DNA of 64,000 bases. Source: Chlorokybus atmophyticus. Taxonomy: Eukaryota; Plantae; Mesostigma and Chlorokybus algae. This document shows, one piece after another, positions 30,825 through 43,325 of the stretch. The stretch lies in NCBI GenBank assembly GCA_009103225.1, contig RHPI01002262.1:598317-662316 (forward strand). Reading direction: 5' to 3'. The position numbers and the translations under genes were made by a program. Every line of letters begins with the position of its first letter. The first letter of the stretch is position 1. The notes beneath the pieces are model-generated. The model did not search any database. It had not been told where the DNA came from and saw nothing but the letters and a program-made list of their open reading frames with translations.

Positions 30825-31330
30825 TTGGTGCTTTTATGGTCGATTTGTGGTAATTTAATGTACCTTCCCGTTACATTCCCCCCCACTTAAGAACGCTGAC
30901 GTCCTCGGCAGCTGGCGCTCATCAACTGGGGAATCTTCCCAGGGGTCTGATTTAGGGTCGGTCACCGGCCCCACCACCCAAGGACCGGCCAATTTAGGCC
31001 CATACCGGTCAACGCGCGCATAGCGAAACGCTGCCGGCCCCACAGGTCGCGTCGCCGCGATAGGCAGGTCGCGCCCTGCCGCGCCGACTGAACTGGTCAG
31101 GTCGGCGCGACTGCCATTAGGCAAGTCGCGACCCATCGATGATGGCACTCAGAAAGTGACCATTTACGATGTTATTGGATCGAGAAACAACGACCGCGGA
31201 ATTCGTGTGCAAGGCAGGAATCGAACCCGGGTCTCAAGCTCCGATGACCAATGTCACAGCCCACTCGACCACAAAAGACTTGGTTCTTTTATGGTCGATT
31301 TGTGGTGATTTAATGTACCTTCCCGTTACA
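30825..31330 (-). mobile_element. TRIM copy B (3' LTR truncated at the dimer junction)
   Basis: 5' LTR 31330-31252; PBS-like TGGTCATCGGAGC at 31250-31238 (1-nt insertion); PPT AAGTGGGGGGGGAA immediately before the 3' LTR; only the first ~51 nt of the 3' LTR (30875-30825) are present. Confidence 0.85.
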
Positions 31331-32552
31331 CTTACCCAGATGTTGGCGCTGCATGCGCTGAAGCCTTCGCAGGCTTTGCGCAACGTACTACTACTAATAG
31401 TTGACTTGCATTAACATAGCGTGTATGACAGAGCAACGCAGCATATCATATCTGGCATGTCGCACAATGATCAATAACAATGCTTGGTATGCGCAGGTTG
31501 CAATGGCGGCCTCTACCATATCCACTGCCATCATCTGTATTGTTTTTAATGGAGTTGTGATTGAGCCAATCGAAACTTGTATAAGTACAAGCAAGAGGTG
31601 CAAAAGACAGCTTGAGAGCCTGCAGCTCATGCCGCATGATCATTATGCGAGTCCTGACGGCAACAGGACTTGCATACTGTCGCATATGTCCGAGGTGAGA
31701 CACATACATGCAGCTTTGCAAGCGGAAAAGGTGGTGCTGCTCACAATGGAGACGTTACGAATGAAAGCAGAGCGGCGCGCAGCATATGTATGCAAGCAGT
31801 GAGCACTTGCGCCGATCTAGTTTGTCTCATGCATATGTTGTTAACCTAATCAAAATGCTTACCTCTGTGAACAGCTTTAGATAATTGGAATTCATGGCTT
31901 GTGTTTATTGAGCCATGAGTGCACTGTATGTAAACGATAAGTAGTGAATATTGAAGTCCGGTGGTTTGAAATGTGATGGCAAGGGACACTCTACTGAAAG
32001 TTACGCAGCCTTGAAGCGCTCGCAAGTTTGCGCAGTCACCTTTTCAAACCTTGCTCAAGCCTTCAGAATGTACAACACCAACATGGTTGCACCCAACACC
32101 CAAGCAACATACACTCTGTACCATATACAGTCGTGAAGTGCAGTCCATGGCCATGCACATGTGCTGCGCTCACCTGCAGTCAGCTATGCTGCTACGACTG
32201 GCGCAGTCCTCTCATCTCGGATATGGCTGGCATGCCTGCATGTCATATGCAAAGACGACGGAAAAATGCTGCAAGTCACTCACACAAGCACAACACGCAT
32301 ACAACTAGCAGCACTGTACACTAAGCTAGCCAGCGGGCAGCGCTGGTGGTAGCGTTTGTGCTTAAAAGACATCAATGGGAACAGTAGCAGTCTGCATAGA
32401 CTACTGACAAGTTGTTACCGCGATGTTTCTTGAAGCTCAGATGACTTGCCCTCTATTGACCATTACACTGCTACAAGTACTGCAATTACTTCAACCTGTC
32501 CTAACTCCACCCGGCACTATCACTTGCCAACGCTAGCGCATGCCAATGATAC

Positions 32553-35500
32553 TTAACTGCGTAGAGCAAAACTCAGTACCTCATCCGCGGCTCGGGCCGG
32601 CTGTTCCAGGTGAGGGACATGCCCACATTCGGGTATCATCACAACCTTGCAGCTGGGCAGAACTTCTGCAAATCGCTGCACAGACAAGAGCTTTACCAGA
32701 CAAGTATGTGCGGCATATGGGTTACAACGAGGCATTGTCGCATGCGCGCATTTGCCGAGGGTGTTTTGAGACTGGTTGAATGCTGCAGCACATATGTTGC
32801 GACTACAGTAGCAAACACTCTGCAGTTGGCGAAGCAGACACACCTGAGCATACTCCGGCTTGAGTATGCCATCATTCTCACCCCACAAAACCAACGCATC
32901 ATGCGTCACCTACCATACAACACACGCACACAGTCACCTATGCGCGTAGTGGTGAAAACTGATAGGCTGCCATGTTATATGCTAAAATGACCAACCAGTA
33001 CATGAAACTTGGGAGGAGCAAATCATTTGTGTGCATGCCTCGTACCTGGCTCATAGAGGATGTGACACTGTAGCCTCCGCTGCGCATGAACTCAATGTTA
33101 GCATCGCGCCATCCCGGCAAATACGTGTGCAACCTCCCAACCTGCATGCAAGGAATGTGAGTCCACTACAGTAGCACAACATGTGACGAATGCATGCATG
33201 AAAATACCACTATACCGTACCCGAATTGCATCAGTGGTAGCCAACTTCTGATCATGATAAGCCATCCTGTTCGCCATGGACCTCAACGGCCAGCTTCGCA
33301 GAACCTCAATCTGTGCACGCGTTTGATAAGTTTAGCAACCTTGCCTGTCATTCAAGCAGTAAGCAACAAGCATTGGTGTGACATGCATACCCCTGCTGTT
33401 GCCAGGGGTCTCGGGAGGCTTTTCATATTGCCAACGCCATCGATGAAGCCCTGGGCATCTATAAGCACCAGTTTGTGAACCTGCGTGGCTTGAGGACACA
33501 AGCCCAAACATGATGACCACCATGGCAACCATCATGAGCCAAAAGCGTGTACACTCTCATCACATCGAGCTTATGACTTACCGCATCCGGATGGTTGACG
33601 GCGAAGTCGATGGCAGCCGCGCCTCCCAAACTGGCACCAGCCAGCACCATAGGCTTTCCAATGTTGGACCTCCAAAACTGGTATTGCACAAGCATACAAA
33701 GTTGTGTCAATCACGAGAAGCGCTAGACAGTGAGTCCATTGCGAGAAGTACAAAGTACAGTCAGTCGCTGTGTGCTGTGTGTCATTCAATTCACGAGGCA
33801 TTCGCATGCAAACAGAACAAATGCACACAACAACAACAACGACAACATTGGTCTTCACAACACACCTCATACAGCAGCTCTCGCTTTGCCACAGGGCCCC
33901 AGTCCCTAAGGCCCGTCTTCGCGTCCACGCCGTTGAAGCCCCAGCCGAGGAGGTCCACCGCCCATGCCGCGGCGCCGCGTGCCGTCAGGACAGGATGCAG
34001 CCGCCGAAACTCTAAGCACGAGCTGCGCGGCACACTCTTGTCCGTTTATCACAATGGTCATCATACTGATAGAGTAGACCAGCATGACCGCAGGTGCTGG
34101 CACACACACGCATGCTGACTTGCATTTTGACCAAACTATGCTTCCATGTGGTCTACTTACAGGTATGCACTGTGTGTATGCACGGCGACGGTAAGAGAAT
34201 ACTGAAGTCACACCCACTGCATGCTGACCTTGACCTGTACGTAACGAACATGTACACTTGCTCCAGCAACTACTGTTGATGTGGTGGTGTACAACAGCTT
34301 CATGTGTAGCTGTTGTACAAGCATTATCAAGTACACTGAGCTATATGTTGCACTCTTCAGCTGACACAAATTGTGAACTGACAAAGGAACACATTCTAAT
34401 TAATGCTCAGAAAAAAGGAAGTTACTAGCAGCAGCAAAATGCAATGACAAAGCATATGCACAGCAACGGGGCCAAACAAACCATCTGCGTGCCTGTCGAA
34501 GCCATGAATGAGCACAATCGGATGGTACTTGGACGTTTGCAGCGCGTCCGCACTTTCCGGCCCAACAACAGATGCCTCGATGATGCTGTCAGCAAGGGAC
34601 GTCTGCGCAGCAAACGCAATTAACAGGTGAAGAAGGATGTTTTACCAAGTTAGCAAGTTAGCAAATGTTACGTGTTTGCTTGGGAACAGCTTGAAACGAA
34701 CCCACTAGCAACTAACTGACAGCACGCCACGCATGCAGACACGCGCACGCGCAGCGTCGTTTGCAACTAGCACACCCATATGTACAGCAAACTTGTCCAT
34801 ATGGCGGCCACGTTAAAAAGCGAGTGACAGTTGTTGCCATCGCAGCTATCACGAGAATGATTGCATTTGCATGCATAAATGTGTGTGCATGTACATAATC
34901 GTGTGTCAGCGCGTTTTATGAGTATCTTTATAAGTATTCAATGGCCACACCCACACAGTCAGTGAAGTCAGTCAGCCTTTGCAGAATATACGACTTGATG
35001 GTGATGACCTTCTCAGATATCAACCTTGATGAATCGTGTTAGTACCTTACGCATACCATCAACTGACCTTCACGGGGACGCGCGTAATGCGGCTGGCCAT
35101 GCTGCGAGCTGCGGGCTCCTCCAGCTCCTCCACTTGCTTGGGCAAAAAGTGCGGGAACTGCGTGCAGGGATGACCTCAGTTAGCGTCATCATCACACAAG
35201 CTTTGTGATGATGATAATGTGGTTGTGTGTACAGGCAGTGTCAATGTGCACGTAGCACTGTCCACAGAGCGTTATTTCCAAGCCTACTTTAAAGGTCTCG
35301 ACTGAAAACGTTTGTGCACATGGTGGCCCTGTATATGACAAGAAATGAACTCAAGTACTCACCCGGACTGGGATCAATGCTTCAACTAAAGGTTTTGAAG
35401 GAGAGTTATAGTTGGTGACGAGGATTATGGCAAGTAGAGTAACAACAAGCCAATGGCAGGAATGTAATGTGACTGAGCATTTGTAGAAGACTGTCTCAAC

Positions 35501-35969
35501 CAAAAGCGCTGTTGGTTGCAGCGGCTGATCATGGAACACACAAGACAAAAGACACAAGCACAGGTGCAATGCAACACATGCAACAAAGAAACCATGCATA
35601 TAGCATGCAGTGCAGCACACTCACTTTGACGCCCGCAGCCTCTGCTGTTTGGGCAGCAGAACTAGCTGAGGCATGAGGCTGGACTAAACGCCGCTGATTC
35701 CTCCTGCCGTTCTGGCTCGTGCTTCCAGAAGCTGCAAGCAGAGTGCGTGAAGCCCTAACTCTGAAGCTGGCTCTCCTGCTACTGCTTGACGTCGCTGTCA
35801 TCCCCATGGTTGTCGTCGTCGTCATCGTCGGTTTTGAGCCATTCCCGCTTTCAACATATGTTAGCGCCCGTAACGATGACAAGCCGCTCGCCGACAAGCC
35901 GGCGAACGTGATAGAGCTCACCGCCGCCCCCGCCATGGCTACCGACGAGCACAGCAACAAGGTGGCCAT
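32553..35969 (-). CDS. Alpha/beta-fold hydrolase, probably plastid-targeted
   Basis: FPHFLPKQVEELEEPAARSMASRITRVPVK, PIVLIHGFDSSCLEFRRL, AWAVDLLGWGF, nucleophile elbow GASLGGAAAIDFA, LVLWGENDGIL, GHVPHLEQP...LSFALRS* (TAA at 32555-32553). The start is uncertain (in-frame ATGs at 35969, 35936 and 35807). One intron needs a GC donor. Confidence 0.9.
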
Positions 35970-36013
35970 CAAGTAAGGGCGTGTGCTTGTGTGGCACAGA
36001 GTTGGCTTGCGGC

Positions 36014-39000
36014 ATGGCGGCGGCGGTGGTGAGGGTGCCGGCGGTGGCAGGCTGCATCACCACTACGTCGTCCTCCACCACCAACTCCTCCTTGTCGCTG
36101 CCGTCATCGTCGTCGTTGCGGAGGGCGGTGCCGCAGGCAAGCTTGCTGCTTGCCAAGCGGCAGCTTCAGCCTGTGCATGCAACCTGCAGCAGAAAAGCAA
36201 GCAACGTGATCAGCCACAGGGTAAGCAGGGTTCAAGAAAGGATGAGCTGATAGACTTATGCCATATTGTAAGCATGCAACATAGCATGTCAACACCAGTT
36301 TCTCTGCGGAAGGCGAAGCAAACAATTTATAACTGTTAACTGTTAACATCTTTGTCGCTGCTGACATGCAATGCCTTGCTACAACTGAGCTATGTACGCA
36401 ATGCAGCTCCACAATCAGCATCAACTGCAGAGTGCGTGTAAGAGCTCAGCTGCGCAACTGGTGCCGTTTGCAGAGTGTGCATTGCGCTTTGGACATGATG
36501 CATTGCGGTTTTGAGCTCGTGCGTCCTTGCGTACAACCTCAGAATGGTCTTATCGTGTGCATGCCCACAGATGCATGTGCATGTACGTGTGGACGTGTAC
36601 GTATGCGCGTGCGCACATGCATGCATGCGCATGCAACTGTGTTCACCCACCCCTCTTTTCCAACGACACAACTGTCTCGCACGCTCAATTGCAAGGTTGC
36701 TGTGAACAATGTAGCACACACACGCATGCGTGCCTGCATACATGCACACGCACACATACTGTTGGTTACCAATCCATTTGCTTGACTCACCATTATCAGT
36801 GTGTTGATTGCTTACCAGCCATGCACTCGACCCCGATTGCAACGATCACGCACGGTCGCATGCAAAGCAAGACTGGATGAAGGCAGCTCTGCGAGCTCAA
36901 CGGAGACAGATTATGAGTGGGGAGGGAACTCCTTGGGGGTGAGTAGCATGATTTGTAGTCATCTGATGGTCAGCACTCAGCTGCATGTGGCTTGACTGTT
37001 CCAAATAAAGGCGTGTCTCTAGAATCACACAGTACACACATGCAAGCATGCACGCACAAGCGCATGTACACACAGGCATGCACACAGACACACGCATGCA
37101 TCCACGCACCCACCAATACACATTAGCGCAGGTGGGTTACGCGACATTGTTTGCTTTTCTAGGCTTGGCACCGCTGCTCCCAAAGTATGACTGGAGCGCA
37201 CCGCTTTATTTCATCTCTGTGGCCTCTTTAGCCATATTTGTTGGCAGCCACCGCAGGTCAGTGTGCTATCTTTATTACGGAGCTAATTGCAGTATCACAC
37301 CAGTTTGTGTTTGGGTATGCTTGGGATTTACTTGTGGTAGCATTACCGCATATGTGTGCATTGCAACCGTAAAGTCAATCCACTGTATGCGTTGTCATTG
37401 TGTGTTCTTGAATGCAGCTTAAAGCAGCAAAAGTGGCAACGCCTATCATTCTCGGATGGCCTGCTCGCACCAGTCGCAGCGTCATTTACGCTCGCATCAC
37501 TGTACTTTCTTCTCAAGTTCTTGCCCACCTTGGACATAAGGTAAGAGCATACTGTGTACGCCAACATGCTCGCATCGTATGTCACAAAGTGAACAAACGT
37601 TTTGCATGTTGTGGTTAGAGCATTTCTCCAAGCTTACTTTGTGCTACTGGGCACTGTCGCGGTCACCGGCAATGTTGGCACGGCGCTCGCAGCCTGGACG
37701 CGCCCACTTAGCCTACCTACGTGGGATGTCCGTAAGTATGCTCGCACACTTTCACGCACAAACCCACACAGACAGGGGCGTGCATGCACATGCATACGGA
37801 CACAGCTGCACATGCACGCATGCAGGCACTCACATGCGTGCGCCCACATGCACTGGCACGTGCATGCAAGTGCGCGTGTGAGAACTTGTAGCCGGATGTG
37901 CCCACTTAGCCTTCCTACGTGGGATATTCGCAAGTGGTCACGCATACACGCTCACACGCACAAACCCGCTTGCACACACACACAAAGGCACGCAGTCATG
38001 CACACGCACACGAAGCTGTACACACACGTACGGGCGCGCACATGCACTTGCATGTGCACAAATGCATGGATGCCAAGCAACATGCAGTGCGCATGCATCT
38101 GCGCATCGTTGTGTCATGCAAAGCTGGAATTGGGTGGCAGAATTCCCAAAGTGGCTTGTGTATGATGATGATAACGAGGAAGGCGACAAGAAGGAAGTCA
38201 CCACAACACTCAGATTGACCGACTTCATTGCGCTGGCTGTCGGAGTTGGCGTTGCCTTCGCAAACTTGCAAAGCGGCGGGGACTTCACTGTGAACAATGT
38301 CATAGCTGTCTGCATCGCATCCGACATCCTGCAGCTCTTGTCCATTGGCAGGTAAGCAGCATGGTTGGTCATTTAGCTACCTGCATCATAAATTAAACCT
38401 ACATCGCAAGTGTGCCATGTATGTTTGCATAATGATGTTGTGTAAGGATATATGGCGTTTGCAAAGATGTGTGTGCTTGCCAATAGTTGTACATGTGCAT
38501 GTGCACGCACATACGTACACATTGTTGCCTTAAAGCTAGCTATGCGCGTGTGTGTAGCCTGGATTGAGTTGCGAGATTTTGTCTCTTGCATGTTTAGGAA
38601 GCCATTAGGTTGCAATCGTATGTGCGTAAATGTATATGTGTGCATGTGTATGCCTGGACATACAGTGCACATGCATGTACTTATAAACTGGACTTGCAGC
38701 TTTGGCACTGCGGCGGTGATGCTCAGTGGGCTCCTCCTATACGACGTCTTTTGGGTGTTTGGCTCTCCCTCAGTGTTCGGCGAGAGCGTGATGGTTGCGG
38801 TGGCCACGTCGGACGCTTTTGAAGGCCCGATCAAGCTTATATTCCCCTCTGCGATGGTCAACGCGAAGCTGCGATACTCCCTCCTTGGCCTCGGCGATGT
38901 CGCCATCCCGGGACTGCTCGCGGCTCTGCTGCTTCGCTTTGACCGATGGCGCCACCAGCAGGTATGTTGGTGCTGTGCCCCCATCTGAGATATCAAGATC

Positions 39001-39548
39001 ATAAGTACATGCGTGCCAGTGGTTGTTAGCTTGTGCGCTACTACCGTACACCATAACACATGCGCATACAAGCACACATGCACGCACATACATACAGACA
39101 TGAACACAATGTTGGTGTACGGTATGCCTCCTCGCACAAGTGTTTTCAACTACGAGTTCAACAACTACTGTTTATATGGCAAGCTTTCCCATGCATGACT
39201 TTCATGTGTGCCTTTGTGCATAAACTACATGTACTGGGTCAGCTCACACCTAGTGTGCTATTGCATCAGGGCTACGCCTCCTCCTCAACCTCACGTGTTG
39301 ATGACGACGATACCAGCGCCTCTCAAAGCAAGCTCTACTTCTACACGTGCTTCTCATCTTACGTCCTCGGCCTGGTCCTGACCACCGTCATCAACAAGTA
39401 CACCAACGCCGCGCAGCCCGCCCTGCTGTACCTGGTGCCGGCCACGCTGTGCAGCACGCTCGCGCTGACGCTCGTGCGCAAGGAGACCCGGCTGCTGTTT
39501 GGGTACCAAGACGCCAAGCCTGAGACTGAAACAGATGAGGTGAAGTAG
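36014..39548 (+). CDS. Signal peptide peptidase (peptidase A22B, GxGD intramembrane aspartyl protease) with a Ser/Thr/Arg-rich N-terminal extension
   Basis: Catalytic LLLYDVFWVFGS and YSLLGLGDVAIPG, the AQPALLYLVP motif, GPIKLIFP and multiple hydrophobic segments. Eight or so exons; stop TAG at 39546-39548. Confidence 0.93.
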
Positions 39549-40379
39549 ATAGAGTAGTAGGTTGATAGCAGGTACAATATAGTGACATTCAATCTGAGCA
39601 GTGTGCAGCGGGATGTAGCGAGTGAGTTTGTGCGTGTCAGCACAAGTAGTTGGGTGTGGGGCAGAAAATAGTTGCGTATAAGCAGTAACTACTGCCAATA
39701 TCAGCTGAGTGTGTATGCGCAAAGCTCTATGCTCTGCTCGGTATAATGCCTCCCTCACTTGTATGTATGTTCGAACTGCCCAAAGTATTTGCGTGTAGAG
39801 TGAAGAACAGGGCTTTTGCAGGTTGAAGCAAACAGGGCTTGGCTCTGGCGGTTACATGGTACAAATGACACCATGTAGACAGATTACCAGGAACAAGGGC
39901 TCAGCCTCTAGGAAAGCAGGCTTATTTGTGAAGTGTACAAGCTCAACGGCACTCGCCTAATGAATCGTGTCCCCAAGTCCAACTGGCATGCAGTACGTGT
40001 CACGCGAGGTACATCCAGGTTAGCACTAACAAGTCTCTTGATAGTGCAGGATGTCAGCAACAAAAACACAAGGCATGCAGAAAGGGTTGGCCCGATCTCA
40101 ATCTGCACTTGAACAGAGACATGCGACTGATAATCTCATCTCTGTCAACAATCAATCAGAACTATAAGCTAAGAACTCACCACATGTGCGCACCCAGCTT
40201 GTAGACACGAATTACGAATGCAGGCACAGCGCCAAAAAGATGTGTACGTGAGCATGGCATGAGCATGGCATTGCCAACCCCCGTGTTCTGAAGTGCACTG
40301 CGATGAGGATATGTGCCTAGCTGCAAGTGAAAGCGAGTACTACACTTCACACACTGCAATAGCAGGCTAGCTGACGAAC

Positions 40380-43109
40380 CTAGACACTGATGGCGACTCG
40401 AGACACCCACGCAATCTTGTCAGGAGATTCACCAGGGTACTCCTTGAACTTCAGGTATAACATTCTATACTTGTCTGCGTCTCGGCCAGCCGCGTGCACC
40501 ACGAAGGGACTTGGCTCGTGACTTTCGCAGTAAGGAATCTCAAGCCAGCAGTTCATGTATCGATACGGTATTATTACCTGCACAACATGCTCCATATGAG
40601 CTTAATGCATGACATGCACGCACACGCACTCTTGGTGGTGAGGGAGCGAGGGAGGAAGTGCATGCGCGCGCACTCCCTCACCACCAAAGGCACACTCATT
40701 ATGTACACTCATCACAGATCCCTCACAGCATATTCGCGCTTGAAAAAACACCATGTTCTGAGTAAAACTTACACACACAACACTTGTCACAGATCGCGCC
40801 CGATCCTAGACACAATGTACGCATATTGTTTTGTGAACAAACAACAAGGATAGACACCACTGAGCACACGGATGCACACCCCAACAGTACACTCACATCT
40901 CCCTCCCCCTCCCCGCGCCTCCGTCGCCCACACATACACACGCACGCCTGCGCGTGCGCGCACACACACAGCACACACACGTTGCAAGCTCTGCGCACTT
41001 ACAGCATATTTAGAAAAGGCTTGAGGATGCTCGTAGCGGTAGTCGAGAAGAGCCTGCTGCTCCCACCACGCGTGCTCTATATCTGACCTGCAAGTTGACA
41101 TGCTTTTGTTCCCCGACTCAATGCCTTACAATACCAACGATACGCATTCAGTACAGCAAGCAACCAGCATGCATGAAGCAGCCTCTACTTACGGGAAGTC
41201 GTTGTACAGCGATCGCAGCATTGATAGCGACCACTTGGAGTTGCGAATGAGAAACACGCCCGTGTTGATGGAAGCCGCCGCCGTCACGGGGCTTACAGAG
41301 AACACGGGATTATCAAAGTCTGATGTGAGAATCAAATCCTTGCCAACGCTGGAGTAGCCTGGGAGGTTGAGGAACTTCTCCAACCTGTGACACTTCAATG
41401 AGTCTGATAACATGCACACAAAGACACAAACGCATGCACAAGCACACACGCACGTGTGTACACGTTATGCATATGTGTGTGCGTGTGATCCATCAACAAA
41501 GCAACAGCTCAATAACCATGCTTGAGGTGGTTGGTGATGGTAATGATGTGTGCATGCACACATGCGCATGTGCATACGCGCGCGCAAAAGAGTGCAAGAC
41601 ACAGACACACACAGGCGCAAGACGGTTGCCAAGGCTCATAACCCTTACTTGACGTCGTGGTTGGTGATGATGGCGTCAGCGTCCATGAAGAGAACCCACC
41701 CGTCCGTAACCCGTGGCAGCAGCATCAACAGCGCAGGAACCTTACCCCAAGCCAGCTGCACACACAACAACCACAAGCAACAGTTAGTACACATGCTAAT
41801 ATGTGTTCGCATCATACATCAAAACCCTTTGTGATGTCGTGAAGGCCTTCAGCATGCATGGAGAAGGCTACATTAAGTAGGGAGTGTTATCAATACCAAC
41901 CGGGCGAAGCGGGTCAGGCGTGGCGTTCAGCTCACAATATCGATAGCCGTGCCTCGCCGCATAGAAAAGCCGGTTGCGCCTAAGCCTGGTTATGTACACC
42001 TGCATGAACAACAAGCACCATCCAGCATAAGGGGGTGGATGGAGAGACAACTCCTCTTCACAATGCATGCATGGTAGTAAAATCAAGTTTGCCTGGACCA
42101 GGTTTGCCAAGTGTGTGTTACTAATGGTGTTAGTTGGCATTTAGTTGAACTGCATCATCGCATTGTCACCTGGCTGATGTTGGTTTGCAGTGTCAGGATG
42201 GTGAACCTGCCCATTCCAACGCACATGCTTGTAGGCCGATCGATCCACGACTCGACCAGGCTCCAAGTCTCTGAGACTGGCAGGGTTTCACCGCATGCGA
42301 AGGGCAATGTCTCCATGAAGCTGCAGGCACACATCAAGGGAGGGAGAAAGTTGACTGCAACATGACTTGCAATGCTGCACTGGTCGCAGCTGCAAAGCTG
42401 TGCATGTAACGTGCACTATGCACATGCTTGTGTCCTGGCTTGATACATGAAGGTCTAATGTGCAAGGAACGACTGCTTGCGCGGTTGTCCTGAGTGTATT
42501 TCAACGCACCGCGTACACGCGTGTAGCGCGAACAACAAACGCGGCTGCTCGTGCATGCAAAGGCAATTACCAGAGTCGGGCGTGTTGCATAATGCGGCAC
42601 AGGAGAGCACAGTGCCTGACAGTGTAGTGGGACACAGTGCAGCACAGAACACTGGGATGCACGTACGCAACGTGCTCGTGTGGTCCAATATGGCTGCATG
42701 TGTAAGAGTTGAGCAAAGTTCAACTAATTGCACGCTGGTGATGTTGATGCTGATGATAGTGGTGGTGGCGGTGATGGTGCTTACAGCATGATGATACGAG
42801 CTGGCTTGCTGCACCAGCATGCAACGGCGTGCATGGCACTTGCTTGGGGTCATCGGCGTGCGTGGCAACGGCGGAGCGGCGGGCGCCAGCCATGAAGGCG
42901 GCGATGACAGCGACGGTGAGCAGGACGGTGAAGGCCACTGCCTGGAGCAGCACCACCGCCACATGCCTGGCAGAGCTCCTGCTGTGGCCCCCACCTCCTC
43001 CTCCTTGTCCACCTCCTCCTCCCCAAACCCTAGCCTGCTGCCCTGGCCTGGCCTGCACGCCAGCCTGCTGATCCAGCTCTACCTCAGCTCTACCTGTAGC
43101 ATGCTGCAT
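40380..43109 (-). CDS. GT34-family (GMA12/MNN10-like galactosyl/xylosyl) glycosyltransferase, paralog 1
   Basis: N-terminal Gly run plus TM helix (VAVVLLQAVAFTVLLTVAVIAAFMAG), RRNRLFYAARHGYRYC, LAWGKVPALL, WVLFMDADAII (DxD), INTGVFLIRNSKWSLSML, WWEQQAL, PFVVHAAG. Stop TAG at 40382-40380. The start is uncertain. Confidence 0.85.
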
Positions 43110-43325
43110 TCATGCTGCTAACCACTTTCAACGCCGCCAACGCCGATCACGCCAACGACGACGCCGACCATGAGGACAACGACACGCACGCCTCCATCAA
43201 CCAGCTGCTCAAGCAAGCCTACAAACCTCTGCTGCCGCCGCCGCAGGAGGATGCCACAGGCATACGCACAGGCAACGGTGAGCTATGGCCGTTGCTAACA
43301 ATGCACAGTTGTGGGGTTGCTGGGC

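Larger units (their letters stand above)
30298..31330. mobile_element. Inverted (tail-to-tail) dimer of a non-autonomous miniature LTR retrotransposon (TRIM-like), flanked by one 5-bp TSD (CTTAC)
   Basis: Termini TGTAAC...GTTACA, with CTTAC at 30293-30297 and 31331-31335. The two arms are reverse complements at roughly 95% identity by eye. Each arm has an LTR, a PBS, a ~370-bp internal region, a PPT and a second LTR. Confidence 0.88.

Noticed and set aside
30474-31148. Mirror-image ORFs MPSSMGRDLPNG... on both strands
   Set aside because: They follow from the palindrome; they are short, have no gag/pol motifs and diverge in frame at their 3' ends.
30293-31335. Element as a TIR DNA transposon (Ginger/MITE) or an introner (the TSD reads GTAAG on the minus strand and the element end supplies CAG)
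   Set aside because: The PBS, PPT and paired LTRs fit an LTR retroelement better. Splicing GTAAG...TTACAG would delete one extra base, and no host exon could be identified at the site.
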